Assembly (NCBI GenBank): GCA_965277805.1
Contig: OZ255842.1
Span: forward strand, 608,001 to 672,000
Direction of reading: 5' to 3'
DNA length: 64,000 bases
From: Candidatus Lustribacter sp.
Lineage (GTDB): Bacteria; Vulcanimicrobiota; Vulcanimicrobiia; Vulcanimicrobiales; Vulcanimicrobiaceae
Both the position numbers and the translations under genes were made by a program. Below are positions 57,707 through 64,000 of the stretch, piece by piece (positions within the stretch are counted from its first letter, which is position 1; each line of letters begins with the position of its first letter). The notes beneath the pieces are model-generated. The model was not told where the DNA came from, searched no databases, and saw nothing but the letters and a program-made list of their open reading frames with translations.

Positions 57707-58710
57707 TTCTCGCGCGCCTTTGCGCGCTGCTGCTGGCGTGGGTGGCGTTCGCGGCCGCAGCGCCGGTCCGGGCCGCCGACACCCCGCAGAAGATCACGAT
57801 CACGGTACCATCGTATGAAGTGGCCGATAGCGCCTACTTCATCGCGGTGCAGAAGGGCTACTTCGCCGCCGAAGGCCTCGACGTCACGCTGCAATTCGCC
57901 GGCGGCGGCACGGCCACGCCGGCCCTGATAGCGGGCGGTATCGAAGGCAGTGCGTCGAGCGCCGCCGCGCTCAGCGCGATCATGCGCGGTGCGGCGCTGC
58001 GGATCGTGCTCGTTTTCGAAGACAGCCCGTTCTACAACATCTGGGCGCACTCCGACATTCACTCGCTTGCCGATTTCAAGGGCAAGGCCATCGGCGTTGC
58101 AACGCGCGGCGATACCTTCGAGATCGCGACGCGTCTGGCTCTGCAACAAGCGGGCATCGCGCCCGACGACGTCGGCTACACGCCGATCGGCAGTGGCCTC
58201 GGTTCCGGTGCGGCGTTCGAATCGGGCGCGCTGGCGGGCGTCGTTCTCTCGACCAGCGAGGGCAACCAAACCAAGGACAAGGGCGGCCTGAAGAACGCTC
58301 ACATCGTGACCTCGTTTCTGGGCAAGGTGCACATGCCGTGGAACGGCTTCGTCGTCTCGGAAAAGCTGCTGTACGGGAATCCGGCGTTAGCGCGCCGGAT
58401 CGTGCGGGCGATCGTAAAGGGCAGCCGCTACCAGCAGGCGTTCAAGTCGCAGACGATCGCGATCGTGACGAAGTACAACGCCAGCGAGCAGCCGCTCGAG
58501 GGCAGCAACGATTACGATGAATTCATGCGCGGCAAGACGCCCGATCTCACCGTGAAGCCGGAATTCGCCGCTGCCGATCTCGACGTGCACGCGGGACTGA
58601 TGAAGCTGCCCAAAGATCAGCTGCCGCCGCTCGACAAGATTTACGATTTTTCGCTCGTGCGTTCGATCAACGCCGAACTGGATGCAAGCCGATGGAAACC
58701 CACGCCGTAA
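57703..58710 (+). CDS. ABC solute-binding protein, NMT1/SsuA type
   Basis: Signal peptide, KGYFAAEGLDV, DFKGKAIGV. GTGA overlap. Confidence 0.88.
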   Translation: MILARLCALLLAWVAFAAAAPVRAADTPQKITITVPSYEVADSAYFIAVQKGYFAAEGLDVTLQFAGGGTATPALIAGGIEGSASSAAALSAIMRGAALRIVLVFEDSPFYNIWAHSDIHSLADFKGKAIGVATRGDTFEIATRLALQQAGIAPDDVGYTPIGSGLGSGAAFESGALAGVVLSTSEGNQTKDKGGLKNAHIVTSFLGKVHMPWNGFVVSEKLLYGNPALARRIVRAIVKGSRYQQAFKSQTIAIVTKYNASEQPLEGSNDYDEFMRGKTPDLTVKPEFAAADLDVHAGLMKLPKDQLPPLDKIYDFSLVRSINAELDASRWKPTP

Positions 58711-59519
58711 GGCCGATCGAGCCGCCGGATCCCGCCGGCCTGGCAGCGTTTTGGAACAAACACCGGACCGCGATCACGCGCACCGCTGCGGTCGCGTTGT
58801 TCTTGCTCGTGTGGGAAGGCGCCGTGCGCTTCGGCGGGGTCAGCCCGCTGTTCCTCAGCAGCCCGTCGGCGGTCGCGGCGCGCCTCATCAAGGTGTTCGC
58901 CGATGGATCGATCTGGCCGAGCCTGCTCGCGACGGCCAACGTCGCGTGGTGGGGTGCGTTTCTCTCGATCGTGGTCGGCGTTCCGGTCGGCGTGCTGATG
59001 GGCCGCTCGACGATCGTGCGCGACACGCTCGAACCGTTCATCATGGGGATGTCGTCGGCGCCGATCGTCGCGTTTCTCCCGCTGCTGATCATTTGGCTCG
59101 GAATCGGACCGACCTCGAAGATCGCGCTGGTCTTCATCGGCTCCGTGTTCGTGATGATCGTCAACACCGAGACCGGCGTGCGGCAGATCGACTATCGCTT
59201 GATCGAGACGGCACGCTCGTTCACCGCGACCGAGTTCGACATCCTCACGAAGATCGTCGGTCCGGCCGCACTGCCGTTTATGATCGCCGGCGTGCGCCTC
59301 GCGATCGCGCGCGTGCTGATCATGGTCGTCGTGGCGGAGTTCTACGCGGCGACGGTCGGCATCGGTTACCTCATCTTCCAGGCCGGCTCGCAGTACGACA
59401 CGACGCTCGTGTTCGTGGGCGTCGTGATCCTGGCCGGCACCGGCGTGATCGCTAACGCCGCGCTGCGCGCGCTCGAGCGGCGCATTGCACCGTGGATGCA
59501 CACCGAGGCCGGCCGATGA
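58692..59519 (+). CDS. ABC permease, SsuC/TauC type
   Basis: WE...PS.V, P.VAFLPL, LIETARSFTA, VVAEF. Confidence 0.92.
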   Translation: METHAVRPIEPPDPAGLAAFWNKHRTAITRTAAVALFLLVWEGAVRFGGVSPLFLSSPSAVAARLIKVFADGSIWPSLLATANVAWWGAFLSIVVGVPVGVLMGRSTIVRDTLEPFIMGMSSAPIVAFLPLLIIWLGIGPTSKIALVFIGSVFVMIVNTETGVRQIDYRLIETARSFTATEFDILTKIVGPAALPFMIAGVRLAIARVLIMVVVAEFYAATVGIGYLIFQAGSQYDTTLVFVGVVILAGTGVIANAALRALERRIAPWMHTEAGR

Positions 59520-60292
59520 TCGAAGCGCGCAACATCACGCATCGCTTCCAAAGCACGAGCCGCGCGGGTCTGCCCGTGCTCGATAACGTCTCGTTGACGG
59601 TCGAACCGGGAAGCTTCGTTTCGCTGCTGGGCCCAAGCGGTTGCGGGAAGACGACGCTGCTGCGCATCATCGACGGGCTCGTGCAGCCGACCAGCGGCCA
59701 GGTCTTCATCGACGGCGTCGAGGTGCACAAGCCCGGGCTCGATCGCGCGATGGTGTTTCAGGAATTCAACCTGCTGCCATGGCGCACGGCGCTGAACAAC
59801 ATCGAGTTCGCGCTCGAATTGCACGGGGTGACCGGCGTCGAGCGCCGCGACCGCGCCCTCGAGGCACTGCAGCGCGTCGGCCTCGAGAAATTCTCGACGT
59901 ACTACCCGCATCAGCTCTCGGGCGGTATGAAGCAGCGCATCGGTCTCGCGCGGGCGCTCAGCACGAACCCCCGCTATTTGCTGATGGACGAACCGTTCGG
60001 CGCGCTCGATCCCATGGTGCGCGAGATCATGCAGATCGATTTGCTGAAGCTGCTCGATGCGGAAAAGCGCACGATCGTCTTCGTGACCCACAGCGTCGAC
60101 GAAGCGGTCTTCCTCTCGGACCGGGTGATCATGCTGCGAGCGAATCCAGGTTCGATTCTGAAAACCCTCGACATCGATTTGCCGCCGCGCCGGTTCGAAA
60201 ATGACGAAGAGATCAAGGCGTCGAGTGCGTTCGTCGCTTACCGCAATGAAATCTGGCACCTCTTGAAAGAACAGTTGCGCCGGCCGGCGTGA
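59516..60292 (+). CDS. ABC ATP-binding protein, SsuB/TauB type
   Basis: GPSGCGKTT, LLPWRT, LSGGMKQR, MDEPFGALD, VTHSVDEA. Confidence 0.93.
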   Translation: MIEARNITHRFQSTSRAGLPVLDNVSLTVEPGSFVSLLGPSGCGKTTLLRIIDGLVQPTSGQVFIDGVEVHKPGLDRAMVFQEFNLLPWRTALNNIEFALELHGVTGVERRDRALEALQRVGLEKFSTYYPHQLSGGMKQRIGLARALSTNPRYLLMDEPFGALDPMVREIMQIDLLKLLDAEKRTIVFVTHSVDEAVFLSDRVIMLRANPGSILKTLDIDLPPRRFENDEEIKASSAFVAYRNEIWHLLKEQLRRPA

Positions 60293-60305
60293 CGAGGAGA
60301 AAACG

Positions 60306-61532
60306 TTGACCCAAACAACCGATATCATCGCGACCGCGCCGCACTTCTTATCTCTGGCCGAGCGCGACCGCCGGCACGCGGCGATCCAGGCGCGTATGGA
60401 AGCCGACGGGCTCGACGTGCTGATCCTGCCGGCCAGCGCCAACCGTTGGGAACAATCGATGGCCGACTCGCGCTACGTGACCGGCATCGGCGGCTTCGGG
60501 ACCGAGACACTCACGATCGTGCCCCGCGGTCAGGCGCCGACGGCGTACGTGTTCAACCGGGCCGGCTGGTGGAAGTCGCACCCCAACCACTGGATCAATG
60601 ACGTCCGCGACGGGCGCAACCGGTGGACCAAGAACATCATCGAGCGGCTCGGCGAAATCGGCTTCACGCGCGGCCGCATCGGGCTCTCGGGGCTGGCGGG
60701 CAGCAACCGCACGCCCGACGGCACCGCACCGTATTACACCGTCGAATCGCTGAAGGCGAAGTACCCGCAGGCCGAGATCGTCGATGCGAGCGCCGTCATT
60801 CAGGATTTGCGTTCGATCAAGAGTCCCGAGGAAGTTCTGACATTGGAACGCTCGGCGCTGGTAACCGACGAGATGGTGGCAGCAATGGTTGCCGCAGCTC
60901 GGCCGGGCGTGACCGAACGCGCGGTATACGCCGCGATCGTGCACGCGATGCTGCTCGGCGGGGCGGATCTACCCTCGCTGCTGATCTTTGCGTCAGGGCC
61001 CGGACTCGAGATCGGGCACGGGCAATTCGTTCCGACCGATCGCGTACTGCAAGACGGCGATCTGCTGGTGAACGAGTTGGAGGCGCGCATTGCCGGTTAC
61101 GGCGCGCAGACTGTGGCGCCGGTGTGGATCGGTCGCCCGGACGAACGCTACGCGGCCGTCGCCAAGGCGGCTGAAGCCGTGTTCGAGACCGTGCTGCAGC
61201 ATTTGCGGCCGGGCGAGACGATGGGCAGCGTGATGAAGGTTTATTACGATGCGATCGAGCGGGAAGGCAAGGGCACGATGAAGGGTTCGTTTCCGCTCAT
61301 GCACGCGCGCGGTCTCGGCGATGAGGTGCCGCAGGTCATCGACGCCGCGGACCTCGAGCAGAGCGGCGGTGCCGAGCTGGTCGAGAACATGGTATTCGTG
61401 CTGAAACCGCGCGTGCGCGACGCGGGCGACTCGATCTCGGCGCAAGTCGGCGACACCGTCGTCGTCACGCCGAGCGGAGGGCGCCGATTGGGCCGCCGCC
61501 CGTTCGGCCTTTCCATCGTGAAGCCGAACTAA
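60306..61532 (+). CDS. M24-fold protein with atypical active site, paralog of 34478-35686
   Basis: LSLAERDRR, RSIKSPEE, NMVFVLKP, GDTVVV. GAGGAG RBS before TTG. Confidence 0.85.
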   Translation: MTQTTDIIATAPHFLSLAERDRRHAAIQARMEADGLDVLILPASANRWEQSMADSRYVTGIGGFGTETLTIVPRGQAPTAYVFNRAGWWKSHPNHWINDVRDGRNRWTKNIIERLGEIGFTRGRIGLSGLAGSNRTPDGTAPYYTVESLKAKYPQAEIVDASAVIQDLRSIKSPEEVLTLERSALVTDEMVAAMVAAARPGVTERAVYAAIVHAMLLGGADLPSLLIFASGPGLEIGHGQFVPTDRVLQDGDLLVNELEARIAGYGAQTVAPVWIGRPDERYAAVAKAAEAVFETVLQHLRPGETMGSVMKVYYDAIEREGKGTMKGSFPLMHARGLGDEVPQVIDAADLEQSGGAELVENMVFVLKPRVRDAGDSISAQVGDTVVVTPSGGRRLGRRPFGLSIVKPN

Positions 61533-61541
61533 GGAATCGAC

Positions 61542-62333
61542 ATGCGATTGAGCAACAAAACCGCGATCGTCACTGGGGCGACGGGGCAATTCGGTCACGT
61601 GATCGCGCGTGCGTACGCGCGCGAGGGCGCGAACCTCTACCTCTGCGAATTTTCCGAAGCGGCCGCCGCGCTGACGAAGTTGCGTGACGAAATCGCGGCG
61701 ACCGGCGCGAAGGTCGAGTGCGGGACGCACGACGTGAGCACGCAGGCCGGCGCGGCCGAACTCGCCGCGGCTGCACTGAAGTCGTTCGGCCAGATCGACA
61801 TCTTGCTCAACGGCACGTCGGGCGGCGGGCACGGCAAGGTGTTCGAGATTACCGAGGCCGCCTGGCGCCGGGCAATCGATCGCGGTCTCACGTCGTATTT
61901 CTTCACGTGCCAGCAAGTCGGTAAGGAAATGGCGCGGCGCGGCTCGGGCAAGATCATCAACATCAGTTCGATCGTGGGCCGGCTCGGCTCGGGCGGCGCC
62001 ATCGGCTGGGGCGCGAACAACGGCGGAATCGACGCGATGACCGCGGCCTTCGCGCAAGCGCTCGGCATGTACGGCATCAACGTCGTCGCGCTGGCGCGCG
62101 GCGCCACCGACACCACGCCGTATTCGGACGAAGCGATGAACGAACGGTTGCGGCGCTTGCCGTTCGGCCGGCTCGGCCGCGAAGACGACATCGTGGGTCC
62201 GGCGATCTTTCTCGCCACCGACGAAGCGAAGTGGATCGCCGGTTCGGTCGTCTACTGCGACGGCGGCTACGTGACCGCGGCCGCCACCGATGCCGAGTCG
62301 CGCCCCACCGAAGTGCCGTACCGCGGCAAGTAA
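61542..62333 (+). CDS. SDR-fold protein with non-canonical catalytic motif
   Basis: KTAIVTGATGQFG, FGQIDIL, GKIINISS, PFGRLG, DGG. WGANN replaces YxxxK. Confidence 0.85.
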   Translation: MRLSNKTAIVTGATGQFGHVIARAYAREGANLYLCEFSEAAAALTKLRDEIAATGAKVECGTHDVSTQAGAAELAAAALKSFGQIDILLNGTSGGGHGKVFEITEAAWRRAIDRGLTSYFFTCQQVGKEMARRGSGKIINISSIVGRLGSGGAIGWGANNGGIDAMTAAFAQALGMYGINVVALARGATDTTPYSDEAMNERLRRLPFGRLGREDDIVGPAIFLATDEAKWIAGSVVYCDGGYVTAAATDAESRPTEVPYRGK

Positions 62334-62334
62334 C

Positions 62335-62955
62335 ATGCTCGAAGTGTGGGGTGCGACGAGCGCCGCGAACGTTCAGAAAGTCACCTGGTTCCTCGAAGAG
62401 ATCGGCAAGCCGTATACGGCGCGCGGCATCGGCTACGAAGGCAGCGATCCGATCGACGAAGTGTACTTGAAGGTGCGCGGTGGCGAAGCGTCTCCGATTC
62501 TCAAAGACGGCGAACTCGTGCTGTGGGAAGGCAATGCCGTCATCCGTTATCTGGCGGAGACGTACGCGCCGGGCCGCTTCTATCCGCCAGCCTTCGCGGC
62601 GCGCGCGGAAGCCGATCGCTGGATGGACTATCAGCTCAGTACGATCCGCCCGCCGTTGCACGCGATGTTGCGCGACCATCTGGATTCGCGCGCCGTCACG
62701 CGCAACGCCGCCAAGCTGGCCGAAGCGATGGAACCGGTGGAAACAGCATTAGCGCAGCGGCCGTATCTGGCCGGCGAGACGTTCACGATCGGCGACATCC
62801 CGGTCGGCATCAACGCCTATCGCTGGTTTCTGCTCGACATCGAGCGGCCGGAATCGCCCGCGATCGAAGCGTGGGTCGAGCGCCTGAAGGCACGACCGGC
62901 GTTCGCAAAAGCGATCGTGCCGCCGAACAACCCCAACGTCGCGCTCCGCGCATAA
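62335..62955 (+). CDS. Glutathione S-transferase family (GstB-like)
   Basis: WG..SAANVQKV, LWEGNAVIRYL, YLAGETFTIGDI, RPAF. Confidence 0.9.
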   Translation: MLEVWGATSAANVQKVTWFLEEIGKPYTARGIGYEGSDPIDEVYLKVRGGEASPILKDGELVLWEGNAVIRYLAETYAPGRFYPPAFAARAEADRWMDYQLSTIRPPLHAMLRDHLDSRAVTRNAAKLAEAMEPVETALAQRPYLAGETFTIGDIPVGINAYRWFLLDIERPESPAIEAWVERLKARPAFAKAIVPPNNPNVALRA

Positions 62956-62973
62956 CGAGAAAGGCCGAACAGA

Positions 62974-63414
62974 ATGATTCACATGACCGACGAGATCCGC
63001 CGTTGGCTCGAAGTCGCGCCCGATGACGGCGTCCCGTGTCTCGTCGGCACGTCGACCAAAGACGGGCATCCGCAAATCAGTCCCAAGGGCAGCGTCGCCG
63101 TCTTCGACCCCGAGACACTGAGCTTTTGGGAGCGCAGCTTCCGTTCGAGCTACGATGCGATCGCCGAGAACCCGCACACGGTCGTCTACATGCGTAACCC
63201 GCACGGCTCGGTCGAGATCCCGCACCGCGGCTCGGCGCTGCGCTTCCATGGCGAGGCCCGCATCGCAACGAGCGAGACCGATCGCCAACGTGCCTGGGAC
63301 ATCAGCGGCAAATCCGAACAGGACCGCGATCCCGAACGCAAGGGCGTCGCTATCCTGATCCGCGTCGACCTCATCGAAGATCTCGGCGGTGCGGTCGTCA
63401 TGAAGCGGGACTAA
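62974..63414 (+). CDS. Pyridoxamine 5'-phosphate oxidase-like split-barrel flavin-binding protein
   Basis: LVGT.TKDG.PQISPKGS, ENP, LRFHGEA. Confidence 0.8.
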   Translation: MIHMTDEIRRWLEVAPDDGVPCLVGTSTKDGHPQISPKGSVAVFDPETLSFWERSFRSSYDAIAENPHTVVYMRNPHGSVEIPHRGSALRFHGEARIATSETDRQRAWDISGKSEQDRDPERKGVAILIRVDLIEDLGGAVVMKRD

Positions 63415-63423
63415 CCGCAAGGA

Positions 63424-63467
63424 TTGGCACCGGCCTGCGGCAAACCATAATCGTTGTCGAAAACAAC
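63424..63467 (+). promoter_or_regulatory. Candidate sigma70 promoter and operator for the Rieske gene
   Basis: TTGGCA-N16-CATAAT (63424-63451), then inverted repeat GTTGT-N5-ACAAC (63453-63467). Confidence 0.35.
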
Positions 63468-63471
63468 TAAC

Positions 63472-64000
63472 ATGGGTGTCGAGGGTATGATGCTGACGGC
63501 CGAAGAGCCATTTACGCTACGCGACCAGGTGTACGTGCAGACCGCGCCCGGAACGTTGGCCGGGCGCTATCTGCGCCGCTTTTGGCAGCCGGTCTACCAT
63601 AGCGTCGACCTGCTGCCCGGCGTCGCGCGCCCGCTGCAGATCATGTCGCAGTCCTTCGTGCTCTTTCGCAGCCAAAGCGGCGCCGCGTCGCTGCTCGACC
63701 CGCGCTGCCCGCATCGCATGGCGCAGCTCTCGATCGGACGCGTCGAAGGAGAGACGATCCGCTGCTTCTATCACGGCTGGAAATTCGGCACTGACGGCGC
63801 CTGTGTCGAACAGCCCGCGGAAGGCAACGCGTTCACCGATAAGGTTGCGGTGCGCTCGTATCCGGTTCGCGAATATCTCGGCCTGATCTTCGCCTATCTC
63901 GGCGACGGCGAGCCGCCGGAGTTCCCGCGGATCCCTGAGTTCGAGCGCTTCAGCGGTTTCGTCGAACTCGACTCCTACTCGCGCAGCTGCAACTACTTTC
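63472..64000 (+). CDS. Rieske non-heme iron oxygenase alpha subunit (partial, runs off the right edge)
   Basis: Not in the ORF track. My translation gives PGTLAGRYLRRFWQP...RCPHR...RCFYHGW...EQPAE...YPVREYLGLIFAYLG. Start is 63472 or 63487. Confidence 0.92.
   Translation, partial: MGVEGMMLTAEEPFTLRDQVYVQTAPGTLAGRYLRRFWQPVYHSVDLLPGVARPLQIMSQSFVLFRSQSGAASLLDPRCPHRMAQLSIGRVEGETIRCFYHGWKFGTDGACVEQPAEGNAFTDKVAVRSYPVREYLGLIFAYLGDGEPPEFPRIPEFERFSGFVELDSYSRSCNYF

Noticed and set aside
63425-63438. Sigma54-like TGGCAC...TGC
   Set aside because: GG-to-GC spacing is 9 nt, not the required 10.
29106-64000. Calling the island a mobile element
   Set aside because: No integrase, transposase, tRNA or att repeats are visible in the window.

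Overview
GC-rich, gene-dense bacterial chromosome segment with about 60 CDS. I saw no rRNA, tRNA, CRISPR array, integrase or transposase. All family calls come from motifs read by eye; no database searches were run. The window has three blocks. (1) 1-16.3 kb: two SCO copper chaperones, a fatty-acid hydroxylase-family protein, an 843-aa secreted hypothetical, orphan solute-binding proteins (SBPs), an amidohydrolase-type decarboxylase, a gluconate-2-dehydrogenase-like pair, pirin, a cNMP-TrxR fusion, a cyclase and MarR. (2) 16.3-28.3 kb: a divergent sugar/redox cluster with a glycoside hydrolase, glucose-1-DH-like SDR, NDH-2, enolase and ThDP enzyme on one strand, and a duplicated-domain membrane protein, GMC oxidoreductase pair and DUF389 on the other; it ends at a broken doxX/hxlR pair. 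(3) 29.1-64 kb: a large catabolic and uptake island for an unknown, probably (hetero)aromatic, substrate. The island is the most interesting part. It carries a Rieske oxygenase alpha subunit with its [2Fe-2S] segment deleted in frame, a VOC-Rieske fusion, and twin operons that each pair an uncharacterised bicupin with an M24-fold protein showing the same non-canonical active site. It also has an SDR lacking YxxxK, a tandem DUF5069-like protein and many orphan SBPs.
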